Source of the DNA: Lytechinus pictus
Lineage: Eukaryota
NCBI RefSeq assembly: GCF_037042905.1
Contig: NC_087250.1
Location: 23,314,001 to 23,378,000, forward strand
Direction of reading: 5' to 3'
Length of the DNA stretch: 64,000 nucleotides
This document shows, in pieces, positions 28,033-41,811 of this stretch. The notes beneath the pieces were generated by a model. It searched no databases and was not told the DNA's origin. It was given only the letters and a program-made list of their open reading frames with translations. Within the stretch, counting starts at the first letter, position 1. Each line of letters opens with the position of its first letter. The position numbers and the translations under genes are program-made.

Positions 28033-28279
28033 CACTGTAAAAACACTTCAAAATTTTAAACACATTGTTCAAGCCTGTCACTCTAAAAACTATTGTTTAA
28101 ACACTTAGAATTAGTTGTTTAAACTCTCGAATAGTTTTTTAAAATCTTGACCAAGAATTTTAAACTCCTGAACAAGTTGTTGAAAAAGTTTAAATCATTT
28201 AAAAGTTTTTTTCTTAATAGTTGTTAGAGTGATGGGCTTAACCAACGTGCTTAAAATTTTAAACAACATTTTTACAGTG
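28033..28279. mobile_element. Non-autonomous EnSpm/CACTA-like element
   Basis: Termini cactgtaaaaa ... tttttacagtg, 2-bp flank aa on both sides, internal tttaaac subrepeats. Confidence 0.7.
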
Positions 28280-29416
28280 AAGTTCTAACCATCCTAAGTG
28301 ACTGTTGAGTTCAATTCAAGTCAAAACACAGTTGGATATAGCAGTGTTTAATCTCCGGCACGCGTCTTGAGTCGTCTCCGTTCGCTCCAGCACAGCGCAG
28401 ATAAATTCTTTTAAGTGGCGTCACAGAGAGAGAGGGGGAGTTCCCGTGTAAATGGAATTTCTGGCAAATTATACCCGTCATGCCGTCACACAGCTGGCTT
28501 GAAATGCATGCTGGGAAGGAATACTGCATGCTGGGATAGTAGCATAGGAGATGCTTAAGAGCTAAATGGGGATATACTGTAAATGATGTAAATAAGTGTT
28601 CAAAAGATTTATTTCATACTTATCATGGGCCATCATCATTTCAGTCGAAATATTGCATTGCATGTTTTGATATCAAATCCATCTTATTATCTATCTATCC
28701 TATCCATTCATTCAAACAATAGATTCTAATTCATTTACCTATTCATATTTTCATACATATTTTATCTATTTTTTTTCAAGTCTTAAATTTTTCATCTTCT
28801 TCTTTTTCTTTTTAATATATATGAGAAAATTAGAAAAAAAATTATATGTATATATTATTTTTGTTCTGTGAAACAACCCCAAAACCTATAAAAAATTGTA
28901 ACCATGTTTATTTATTTTATTGCATGAACATTTTGATTAAATAACATTTAATTTTGATAAAACGATACATACAATCCCACGCAATATTCAATTTCGAACA
29001 AATAACAACAAAAAAACAATCACAAGCATGAATGAATATTTTCATGCATGAAACAGAATCAAAACAGCAAAATTAAACATCTAAAAAAAAACTGGTGCAT
29101 TTCATCTCTACATCTGTCTACGCCTAAATGATAGATGAAGTTTGATGGACTGTAAATTTAATACCATGTTGCCATGGTAACATTTTTATTTCTGCAGTCC
29201 TGGCCTTGAAAAATCTGACCTTGTAAAACCTGAACAATTTGGATTGAGTAGAATAATGTTGATGCCATGATCATTCATACCAAAGGAATATCAAATTCAT
29301 ATCTATTATATAGGCCTATATGATAAGCAAATTCTTTTTAAAAATGTTGGCCAGCAATCAATATGAATATCATATTTTTCAAGCACTTCAAAAAAGGCAA
29401 AGCACTCTATCATAGT

Positions 29417-29645
29417 GGAGCATTGTGGCCCAGTGAATTAGTCTTCTGACTTTGAAACAAAGGGTCATGGGTTCGAATCCCAGCCATGGCGTAATTTCCT
29501 TCAAGCAAGAAATTTATACACATTGCGCTGCACTCAACCCAGGTGAGGTGAATTAATTCCTTGAATGCATATGAGCGCTGAAAGGCAGCTCGAGCTAAAA
29601 CCGGGGTAATAATAATAATAACAACGCGCCTCGGAATAGAATATT
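29417..29645 (+). mobile_element. tRNA-derived SINE
   Basis: Box A tggcccagtga, box B gggttcgaatccc, shared body and an (aat)n tract. Confidence 0.82.
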
Positions 29646-32600
29646 TGACACAAAGAACAATACCTCACTTCATTTCATACTCATATATGAAGAGATAGTA
29701 CTTTACAAGTCTACCCTACCTCATTCAAATATGAAATTCAACGCTTTTGATGATATTTCAAACATAACCATGGTCCCTTAATTACCTAATGGAGAGAGAC
29801 CAATTGTAAAATGACCATTAACCACAGTCACAGTTCTGTGATTACATCTGTGTAATAACCGAAGCATGAAGCTTATTTGTTTGTTTATTTAAACCCTGTA
29901 TTTGTTTTAATTGATAGTGTTTAAATAAGACAATTTTTTTCCAAAGCAACTAGATTAAAAATCCATAATTTATCTGCTACTACTACTGTAAAAAAAATTG
30001 TATTTATGTGCAATTAGACTTCTAACATTGAGAATATTTGGAAATGATTGAAATTTTCTGATTTCCCTGAAAATCACAACAAAATACAATGTTCACTGAA
30101 TTAAAATCATCTGAATTCCAGAGGTCAATCTTTCTTAAGTTCCTCAGGTAATAAAGAGAAACTTTCCTCTCCAAAAAGCTTTTTACCGGTTCCTCAGCTA
30201 CCAATGTTCCACATTTACCATGAGTCATGACGTATGGTCTGGCCCTTTCAAGACATTCACAACATTTTCCCAAAGCGACTATTCATTTCCGTTCGTAAGC
30301 AATCGCCCATGGAGGAAGCGGTCCATTCCTTCACATTCCTCTACCTTCATCACACTTTACCTCATCAAAAGGGAACCCATCCAAGAAAAAAAAGTCATTT
30401 CTTATTATCCCCGCGGCTCCTCCAATTAGACAATATCCCTAAGTATCCATTAATCCTTTCTATGTACCAATTTTTCAGCCGGTTCCTTCATTGAGGAAAT
30501 ATATCGAAATCCATCGCTGCTATTTTTTTTATTCTTCTAGCTTTGTACGAAAACTGGGTCGATCCCATAAAAAAAGCCCCCTAAAACTAGGCCAAGCAAG
30601 TTTTACCCGACTTCTCGTTTTTCCACGCAGGGCAAAGGGGTGTTCACACATAAGTGAATTCCTACGTCTAAGAAACGTTATGGACAAATCATCTTGATGA
30701 CGAAGCAATAACATACCCAATTATTTATTGAGGTGAAATACAAGAACACAATTATGGATTAAAATGCTATTCTCAAAGAATGTAGGTCATGCACACAATT
30801 AAGCGGGTACAGGATCGATTAAAATTAACATATCCAAGAAAAATATACAGGGAAGATTCAGCAATAAAAATTTAAATAGCTAGATTCATTTATTTAAATA
30901 TCAAAATAGTGGTTCTTTCATTATTGTCAATTAACACACTGTTCAAATGGTGCTAACATATACCCGTCACTAGGTACTCATTACAATTTTCCTTTTAGGA
31001 CATCTAACAGCACACAATTTCAAGACTAATAGGCTTTGTGATGAGTTTGTGTAGTTTGAACACACACAGTGACTTCCATCGTTTTTTGCTTACACTCTCA
31101 GTCTAAACCGTTCCTATCCATCACCCCCAACACTATCGCGATGCACTTTCCGTTTTTGAAAACCGAGAGGAACTTTCAGTATCGCTCTCTATGTTTTCGT
31201 TTACAATATTTCCCCATCCCTCTTCCGAATGGAAGATAAACGAGTCACAAATATGGACGTACTTTTATCGTTTGTGACATTTCACAATTTATCTCCTAAT
31301 GTCTTCTAGTATTACTTTAGGAAGGGTGTGAAGGTTTGTACTATGTGATATATATGCCTAAGCCCTAAGAGCAAGAGACAATTTCCTGTTAGAAGATGTT
31401 CTTGGTTTGACCGCTTTATTCAGTATCTTTTGATCCATTATACATAAAAATGTATCCCTAATCCATGGATTCTTTAATTTCCTTTAAATTTCTTGCCTTT
31501 TCTTCCCTTCATTCTTCATCCCATAGATACATTACTTTCCTAGTTCTCTCTTTCTTTTTCTTTTAAATTCTCATTTCTTCCTTCGTAATTTCCTTCCCCC
31601 CCCCCCTCTCTCTGTAATTTGATCTAACTCTTTCCATCCTTTCTCCCTTTCTCATTTTCTCTCTCTAATTTTGTCTTTTTTCTTTGCTGCTTTCTTTGCT
31701 CTTCCTTGACTTTTGGCCCCAAATTCTCTGTATTTCCCCCTCTTTTCATCACACCCTCTCTTGTGCTCTCTCCCTCTTGTTCTTTTTTTCTCTCTTTCTT
31801 TTCCACTTGTCACTTTATCTCTCACTTTGTGCCCAAATCTCTCACTACTCTTCTCATTTTCTCCCCCTTCCCCCCCCCTCTCTCTCATTCCTTTCTAACT
31901 ATCTCTCCCCAAGGAGGTTCCAATTAAATTGAACCTACTCGCTCTCTACTTACTCTTTCTATCTCTACCCACCCCCCTTTCTATTTCTATGTCTCTCCTC
32001 TCTCAGTCAGTATTCTATTTACTATTTCTCTGTCAATCACCGCTGCAACGTTCATCATCATCCTCAAAATACCTTATAATTTTTATCCACAGAAGTGTAA
32101 AATAAACCATTTCCAATCTTGTTTGCTATCATCTGCGAGCTACTCCAGGCATCGGGTAGCGAAAGCGCAACCGCTTTCTGACCCGATGAAATTCTAACCG
32201 CCCTCCCCGAAACATCACCGAGGTGCAAATCTACATCTATGCAAATGAGTATCTGTATCTCTGTCTCTCTTTTCTCAATTGCATAGTTCAGACTTGTGCT
32301 TTACCTTTAGTTTCATCAGTTATGTAGTAGGTCCATGATTTCACGCACCATAACGAAAACACACAAAGTGCTTTTTAATATACGTCCAATCACAAAAAAG
32401 GCATTTGCCAGTCTTTGAAAATAATGAAGTACAGTAATAATATATATCTATGTAAAAGCCCACAAATTAAAAGCTACTTTTGAAATTGCAAAACTTTCAT
32501 GGGGATATTTCAAAGGAGGATATGACTGTTGTAGTTTGAAAGTAGAATAAGACAGACACATTTTCTTTAAAGAAAAATATAATTTCCTATAAATGAAGAA

Positions 32601-35600
32601 TTTTCTTTTCTCACAAAATCATAATACAAAAAAAAAATCTGTAATGCCGCAATTTTTCAAAAGAACACAATAATCATGGCAAAGACAAAATGGTTGGAGG
32701 CTCTTGTACTGGATTTTACCCAAGGAGCTTCTTGCAAACTCTGTCCAGTCACATTCACATACTTCACTCCAATATTCTTCTAGAAATCCTCCAGCTTTCG
32801 CAAGAAACGCTACTAAAATCAAGCAAGGAAACGCCTCCTCTCACATCGGTCAATAATGATGAGGCAAAAGGGGGTGTGCTCCAGCGATTGTGAGCTGAAA
32901 TTACATCACATGAGGTTAACACCATGATTGACTTCAGCATCGGATTTACCCAACATAGCGCCGTGACAAGTTGATTAAACATGGAGTAAAGGTAAGAATG
33001 GAAACAGGATGTTGTTTCTACGATTCAGTATTATGGTAATTATTAAGACAGGTGGGTGCAATCAAGTAAGTCCTACCAAGTACACTCATTCACAAAATAG
33101 AATGACTAAAAAAGGTGAAATTCACAAAAAAATTGAGGAAATACACTCCCGTTATCCTCTGAAGTATTTAAACATACTGCTTGTTCATTTGTTTCTTGGA
33201 TATGACAGTTAATTTGTTAGTCCATTGGGCATATGACTAAAATACATGCCAAAAATCAAATTTATTTATTAAATGAATGCATGTTTTGATGAGGGTAAGC
33301 CAGAGGCTTGAAGAGGCAGACATTTTGATGGGGAGGGGGGGGTGTAGGTGAGTGATTTTTAATAATCTATCATAGCATGTGCACTTTTCTACAAATCTGA
33401 AAGCAAGTCATGCGATGCGAGCCCCAAAACCTGTAATTGAATTGATTGAGTTAGAAAGTGTACAAATCAGCATAAATATGAATATCAAAGAGTTGGGGAC
33501 ATCAAAGGTAAAAAGCACTTATCTGTCTTATCCCCTTACAAACATAGGCCTATTAAAATATCATAATTTGGTTGACAATTAGTTCAATAGTCACATATCA
33601 ACAGAAATATGAAGAGAAGTTTATTGCTAAAAATAGAATAGACCCTACAATAACTTCATAGAAAATACCACTTTAATAAAAAAATATGTTTTTAGGGGGA
33701 AGCCTCCCCCTTAATCCCCAACCAGTTTCTCTGTGGGGTTCGCATAGTACTTGGGTCCCTTGATTCATATTACTATAGCAGGTCATAGGGTATTAAAATC
33801 ATTCTCACGTCATATTGAGTTGAGAAGACTCGATTGAGATGGGTTGCAAACTCCAAAGATATTCTTTTGGGGGGCTATATCATTTTTCAAAGGAAATAAT
33901 GAATAATATGCATGGTACCTTGAAGCAGTGTGGGGGGGGGGGGGGCAAACACTTCAACTATTTAACAGCTTAGGTTTCCATTTGTAATTTATAAATATGC
34001 ATTGCAACAATTAAAAGAAATGTAAAATCTATTTCATTTTATTTTTCACTCTGAAATCAATATAAAAATGTAAATATTTAATCCTTAAAAGCCTTCAAAA
34101 GCCTTAGTGTCTGTGAGGAAGACTACACATAATAGATCTATCCCCTCCAACCCTTTTCACAATATCCACAAACACCTAATACCAAGGGACTTTGACAAGG
34201 GGTCAACCGGGGTCAACTAGGTCAAAGGTGAAATACAATCTACCCCTAAACAAATACAGGTTCAGAGTCATTGTATCAATGACCCCCATCGGGGAATAAC
34301 CAAATAAGAAAAATGTGGTAGCCGGCGAAATGGGATTCAAACACATGGGAATTCTGTAGGGGTTTGGGACAGAACTTACACAGATTGGAGTAGGTGGGAC
34401 TACAATTGCAACTAGCATGCTGGGACACGACAAATTTTTCTGTGTTTGGGACTGGGCATGTAGATGCTATCTTTTGATTACTCTCTCAAGGGAGAGGAAA
34501 CAGTGTTTCCGAGCACGTAGCTTGATCCAAACGAATATCTGCGTAGCCGAGAGAGGAATTAGAGCAAGGCTTGATACTCCGTCTTCTATACGAAATGACG
34601 ATAAAGATCAGTGGTGTATGCGAACTGAAATGTGAGCTGGGTTTTGGGAGTCTGAGGAAAGTGAAAATTGAGAGCGTGTCGACATCTTAGAAGAAGATAT
34701 GTCCGTAAAAATGCACTCTACGTGAACAAATGAGGGATATGTTTTGTATTTTTATTCTAAATGAAGATTTGTCAAAATACTTTTTAAAATAATTTTTTTT
34801 CCAAATGGTTGCAACTTGCAAGGCATGTTTTATAGTAGGGATAATTAACAATAGCTGAGAAGTTATGATATTCATCTACGAAGTATATTATGACCCCGTT
34901 GATGGTAAAAAGATTTATTTTCAAAGAAAGATTCTATGTCCTTCATTTATGTATTTACATTTTATTTGTTAATACTTAAATCATTTTTTCAGGGGGCAGC
35001 ACGTTTATAAAACTTTTCTTCAAAAGTTTTTTTTTTCCATTTCATGATAGATTTATTCACTTACCTACAATGTGAATACCAACAGCCAATGACGAAGCCA
35101 TCAGGTGCACCATGCAATAAAAGAAATAAAAAGAGAAAGTAGAAAAAAGTCGAATTAATAATATTTCTATATTGATCTAATATCAAGTCAGTGAATAAAC
35201 AGACTAAAAACAAATTTCACTAAATGAGGATAAAAAGAATGACTATAGATTTAGAAATCCATATTCCCATAACCAGACTACCTCTATCTGATATTGACAA
35301 CAGTCAATGTACTTTTTTCATTTGTGCAAGAAATTTGACAAATTAAGTTCATATTTCTATTGTTTTCCATCTATTGGGAGTTAACTTCTGATATAGGATT
35401 TCACTTTTGAAGCATATTGGATTTCAATGAGTTTCTGTGGGTTGTGCCTGCATTATATGGAGATACGATCTCCGCGATGAGTTTTACCAATCAGACTCAA
35501 TTGTCTGATTACCCATAGCTGTCTTCACTTAATGAGGCACTAGTCTTTGAGAGAAGACTGGTATCATTTCTTTAGGCATATCACCTCGCACGAGTCATGC

Positions 35601-37233
35601 CTCTGCTATGTTCATTAGATAGAAGATATGAGGCCTATCACCATCAGCCAGATTGTCCATTCCAAGCAATTTATTCCGTGGGATTCAAACACACGTAAAT
35701 ATATAATGAGGGAGGAGAGTGATAAAACTTAATATTTGTGATTACTTTCTATTAAAAGTTACAGGAAAGTTCTGATCAATGAACTATATCTGGACCTAAT
35801 GCAGGCCTACCCCTGTTATAATGGAGTAACTAATAAACATGAACAATTGGAATGATTTCTCAGGAGAAAATATACCAAGATGATCAAATTCTAATCCTTA
35901 TATTTCTTATTTTTCATGTTGTTTATTCACAAAAAAGAGACTCAATGATAATAAAAATGCCTGATCAGACGTGAGAGTTTGTTAATTGTAATCATATATA
36001 TTTTGATTTAAATGACAAAACATACAGTATACCTTCTTTCCACTTATGATTGGCAACTATTCATTCTTTCTCTAATCAAAGTAGTTTAATCTAACAAGAA
36101 CAAATTGCTCATCCAACTTCCTAACTTCTGATCAAGAATGTTAATTCAAAGTTTCAGAAGTAATTAGTTTGGTTTGTTTAATGTTATTCAAAGCTTTGGA
36201 ATGAATTAGTTTGTGTAATGTTATTTGAAGTTTCAGAATGAATTTGCTTGGGTGTTTAGTACAGGGAACTGCCTTGCCTGCCAGGACCGGGAATGTTAAA
36301 GGAGCATAATAGCTCTAGGATCTAAGGAACTAGTAACCAGGGGCCAAACTAAACTTGGTAATGATAGCAGTCTTAACAAAGACCGAAGGGCATTCTACGA
36401 TGCAGTCATCAAGGATGGTCCAAGGTACTGGTTGGTCTAAATGTCCATCTTTCATGAAGGTGTTAAAACCGATCCCAATGCAATTTGTGAATGGAGTATG
36501 CAGTAAGTGGTGTTAATAGAGACACTAAAACCAATAGGTCGGACCACCATGTAACCTCTTCAATTATCCCACCATAAAGAGAGACCAAGCACTACTCAAT
36601 GACCACGTACACCAAGGAAGGGGAACCCATCGCGGTCACGACAAAGCGCATTCCGATCAGTCCACGACAGGCCCTTCCCGCACCACATCTGTTAACGCAG
36701 GCTCTCTCCGATGGTATCGATGTCGGGGGAAGAAAGTTAAGTGCAAGAGCTGTCCGCAGAGAAGCACACAGATTGGTAACAATGGAGTCACAGGGGCTTG
36801 TATTACAATACTGGATCCTTAGAAGTGTTTACATGGTAACTTTGATGATTTGTTAATTTGCCAAAAATCATTTCGGACGAGAGACAGAGAGTCCAAGCTA
36901 GACATGGATTATAAAAGTTTCAGCGAAGCATTGTGATTACTTACTTTCATCCCATAACTCATAAGTTGCAAATAAATATAATTACAATCAAGGGTGCATT
37001 TTCATCTTCCCAATCCAAATTTACTTTTGAAGTGACCAAATAGATGTTACAAGAGCAATTCTGCAATTGAGTTATTTCTTACATCAACAGAGCTGATCTT
37101 CTCCCGTCTTTATAATAACTCAAATTGTTTTCTAATCCAGAAATTATATGAAACTTTACGGAATGTTGTGCTTCCCAAGGTTTAGTAAAGTCTTGTAATC
37201 TGGATGGAAGCTTTATCAACATCTATCATTGCT

Positions 37234-40049
37234 CATATCATTGGGTTGCGGAAGGTGAAAAGAATACTAAATATTTTTTTAACTTAGAAAAAAGAAACTT
37301 TAACAAAAAACTTATAACAAAACTTTTTGTTGATGGAAACCTGATAACGGAGCAAAAAGATATCCTTGAGGAAGAAAAAAAATTCTATGAAAATTTATAC
37401 AAGTCAAATGACACTGCTTTAAGTAACAATGAATTTTGGGACAAAGAACTGAACTTGCCTATTTTAGAAGAAGACTTAGCTATGGTTTGTGAAGGCGCTA
37501 TTACAGAAATTGAATGCTTTGAAGCTCTGATGTCAACGCCAAACGATAAGACCCCTGGGTCAGATGGACTTTTACAAATGCTATTGGAATGAGCTTAAGG
37601 GTATTTTATGTAAACTGTTTAACAAATGCTATAGCGATGGTGAACTTTGCTCTTCTATGAGACGAGGCATTATAACTTTGATCCCTAAGTCTGGGAAGGA
37701 CACAACACAATTAAAAAATTGGCGACCCCTTTCTCTTTTAAATACTGACTACAAAATTTTAGCAAAAATAATAGCAAACAGACTAAAAAAAGTATTACCC
37801 TCGATAATTTCAGCAGACCAAACAGGATTTATGAAAGGGAGATATATAGGAGAAAATATTCGTTTATTATTAGATATGTTGGAATATTGTAAGGAAAATA
37901 AACGACCTGGATTAGCTTTTTTAATTGATTTTGAAAAAGCCTTTGACTCCATCGAATGGAACTTTTTATTTAAATGCCTCGAAAAATTTGGGTTTAAACA
38001 AGACTGTGTAAGATGGATTCGAACCTTATATAATAATATTGAAAGCTGTGTTCTTAATAATGGATATTCTTCCCCGGTTTTTTATATCGAGAGAGGGGTA
38101 AGGCAGGGGTGCCCACTCTCCCCATATCTTTTTCTAATAGGGGCCGAAATTTTAGGGGCATTGATAAGACAATCTAAAGATATACAAGGGATTCAGGTTG
38201 GACATAAAGAAATACGATTAAGCCAATACGCAGATGATACAATCATATACTTATCAGCTACGGAGAAGAATCTTGAAAATTGTTGTTCTATCCTAACTCA
38301 TTTTGGAAATATATCAGGTTTAAACATAAACATAGAAAAGAGTAACGTAATACGGCTAGATAGTGCTAAAAATAATAATTTCAAAGAAAGTAAAGTTAAA
38401 TGGGTAAAAGACGCATTCTCTTACTTAGGAATAAAAATACCTGTTTCTGATGAATTGGACATATACCATTTAAATTTTGATGATAAAATACAACAGGCTG
38501 ACAATCTACTGAAAGTATGGAATATGAGAACGTTATCATTAGCTGGGAAGATAACTGTCATCAAATCTCTAATAATTCCAAAATTTGTATATTTATTTAG
38601 CATTATTCGAAATCCACCAAAACATTTTTTTGATTCTCTCCAAAGTAAACTTTTTCGATTTATTTGGAGTAATAAGAAAGATCGTATAAAAAGAAAAATA
38701 TTGTATAACGATATAGGTGATGGTGGTTTGAAAATGATTCATACAGAAACTTTTTGTCAGGCACTGAAAATAGCTTGGGTCAAAAGAATTTTAGACAAAG
38801 AAAACGAAGGTAACTGGAAGATGTTATTTTATATAAATATGAATAAGATAGGCGGTGATTATATTTTACAATGTAACTTTACAGGTAAAGATTTGGATAA
38901 ACGCTTGAATAATTTTTGGAAAGATGTTTTAACTTCATGGTCTCATTACAGATACTTCAACCCGGTTAAATATAAAGATATTTTTAATCAATCATTGTGG
39001 AATAATTCTTATATTAAAATAGACGGTAAAACTATATTTTTTGAACAATGGTTTGAAGCAGGTATTTTATATGTAAAAGATATTATAAAGAACAATGGAC
39101 TATTTAAAACTTTTCATGAACTTCAAGACGACTTCAATCTGCCTAAAAGATGTTATTTGGAATATTTTTCATTGATTTCTTGTTTTAGAAAAGAATGGAA
39201 AAATACTTTAAGATCAAGTGTTACAAATGATGAATCCGACGATGTAAATAGTTTAAAGAGATTTATAAGTTATAAGAAGGTAACTAAATCCTGCTATTTA
39301 ACGCTTATAAAAAAACATTGTTTAGATATATCAGATACCAACCAGTGTGAAAAATGGTCGAATGATTTAAATGTAGATCTAAGTCTTCTGATCCAATGGC
39401 AAAATAGATTTTTGACTACTAACTGGGTTACTTTGGATTCAAAAATCAGAATGTTCCAGTATAAGTTTATTCACCGTCGTATATCAACTAATGAGTATTT
39501 ATTTAAGATAGGTGTGAAGAATTCACCATTGTGTAATTTTTGTAAAACTGAACAAAACGTTGATACACTTATTCTGTTTATGCCCTATTGTTTCTAAGTT
39601 TTGGACGGAGGTAAATACTTGGTTGAATTTCCACAATATAAGTTATCACAAATTTTCAAATATTGACATATGTTTTGGTGTTCCAAGTAAGTTTCAACAT
39701 CTCTCAAACACAATAATTTTATTTGCAAAATACTTCATTTTCAGAACAAAATGTCAAGAAGGACAACTTTCGTTAGCTATATTCATAAATGAGTTGAAAT
39801 TTGTTGAAAATGTTGAAAAGTTTATTGCTTTCAAAAAGGGCAAGGAGATGCTACATTATAAAAAATGGAGACCTTTTACTAATTTTGAACCAAGTTGAGA
39901 CTTGCTTGTATTTGTTATGTATTTTACACTTTATCTTCATTACGATGAATATTGATGTATCTTGATGTATCTTGTTGTACACGATGAATATTGTATATAT
40001 ATTTTGTTTTATTGAAGCAATAAAGATTCAAAAAAGAAAAAAAAAAAAA
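37234..40049 (+). mobile_element. 5'-truncated L1/Tx1-clade non-LTR retrotransposon
   Basis: RT-bearing ORF2 fragment, AATAAA at 40019-40024, poly(A) tail, and a 16-bp TSD aacatctatcattgct at 37218-37233 and 40050-40065. Confidence 0.95.
37242..39898 (+). pseudogene. LINE ORF2 (reverse transcriptase + C-terminal CCHC), lacking the endonuclease and carrying two frameshifts
   Basis: WVAEGEKNTKYFFNLEK...KTPGSDG, then a frameshift near 37570, then FYK...KNWRPLSLLNTDYKILAK, DFEKAFD, GVRQGCPLSPYLF, QYADD and CNFC, then a frameshift near 39555, then TLIHLFCLC. Confidence 0.92.
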
Positions 40050-41304
40050 AACATCTATCATTGCTGAACTTTATCTCAAAATGTTATAGACTATGAAATT
40101 AGGATTGAATTGAGTAGCTTTCACGTTAACATAGTACTGTATTATTTTTGAAATTCAAGGAGTCAATCTCCCCCTCATTTAGCCCAAATGTAACCTTTGC
40201 TAATCCTGGAATAACTTGACTTATTGGAATATGGTTTGAAGGGCTCTGCTCCAAAGAAAAAAAAATGCATACAACTGAATTTGTTCTCAGTTCTTAAAAC
40301 AAAATATTTCACTAGATTATAACATATAATACTGTCACAGCCTTTTAAAATCATGATTGGTGAGACAAAGGCCATGATCACCAAGACTTCTCAGGCCTTT
40401 CCATGAACTGCCCAACAAAAACCTATGATAATTAACTAAAAAAGCGTGGAAATATCGACTATTTCGGTAACAAAAATGAGGTTAAATCGCATTAATAGGA
40501 GGTTGGGGACAGCTGTCTCTTTTGATGTTTCAATTCCTGGTAGACTCGCAGAAGAAAAGACAGTCTGTCGCTTCGCTACCCCTTCTTAAATATTTATCGC
40601 TGCCTTCATCAACGTTAAATATGAGACAAATTTGCCTTGGATCCCGAGAGGAATCCGAGCGAGGAATCCAAGGCCCGAAGCAGGTGACAAACCCAGAGAG
40701 TCTGGCTATTGAAGAGCGATTGAAAAGGTGATTCAAAAGACGATTGGATTTTTCATGCTGTTTACCCTCCAATGTGCTCCTCTATGAAAGCACCATTGCC
40801 TACTGGAGCCAGGTGGATCATGTATAATGGTGATAGGAACTGAAGAAATTGGTAGTCAGCGGGTTAAGAGATCAACTAACCACCTTGGTTAAACTCAGTC
40901 TGGTATATAGGGAAGGTCAGGCTTTCATTGGAATAAAATGCATTTAATAATTAACAGGGAGATCAATTCATATTCATATCCTGCCAAGTGCCAAACGAAT
41001 GGAATGGGCATCCTTTAAAAACATGTATGAAATATTGGGAGATTTTAAAAATCAACGTAATGTATAATGTACATAGGCACACATTTATATCAATTTGCTG
41101 CACTCAACCCAGGTTAGGTGAATGAAAACACGGTTTAAAATATTTTATAGAATTTTATTTTACTATACAAACTTGACAGTAGTTTTTCAACAGTTTAAAC
41201 AAGTGTTAAGAATCTTCAAGAACAAAGTTTAATTTCTAATATTCAATCTTCATCGAATTAATCATGGTTGTTTAAACTGTTAACTGCTGGGAAGTTCATA
41301 TATA

Positions 41305-41811
41305 TGCTTTTCACACTGTATTTCCTTAACCCCATACTATCCTTAACCCCGGACTATCCTTATCCCCATACTATCTTTTTTTCCATTCACACTGTCTTTC
41401 TTAACCCTGTACTATTGCTTAGCCGGGGTTAACGCCTTAACCCCGGGCAATTACACAGCTCATAAATATTGATGATTTTACCATACAGAGCGCGATTAAC
41501 GTGCAATTTCGACTTCTGTGATTGGTTAATGCTTAGCCCCACTTTTGCTAAGCCCTGTTTCGTTTCACACTGCATCTCTTAGCACCGCAACTGTGGTGCT
41601 AGCACCACAATAAGCCGGCTAACCCTACTTTTTTGCAGGGCCAGATAGTACCGTACTATTTACCGTGCTAGCCCACTTTGCTAAAACGTAGTGTGAAAAC
41701 GAAGTGGGCTAAGCTAAACCCCGGGAAAATTTGTGGGGCTAAGACCCCCCCCCCCCCCTTAGCCCCACCAATTTCCTGGGGTTAAGGGAAAAAAGTGCAG
41801 TGTGAAAAGCA
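41305..41811. mobile_element. MITE (ttaaccccgtactat family), copy A
   Basis: TIR tgcttttcacactg / cagtgtgaaaagca flanked by TA, with internal repeats of ttaacccc and cacact. Confidence 0.85.

Noticed and set aside
35060..35115. Minus-strand ATG...AG|GTAAGT as candidate ephrin exon 1 (MVHLMASSLAVGIHIV)
   Set aside because: It ends in phase 1, while the next exon needs phase 2, and it lacks the W-N-x-x-N-P motif.
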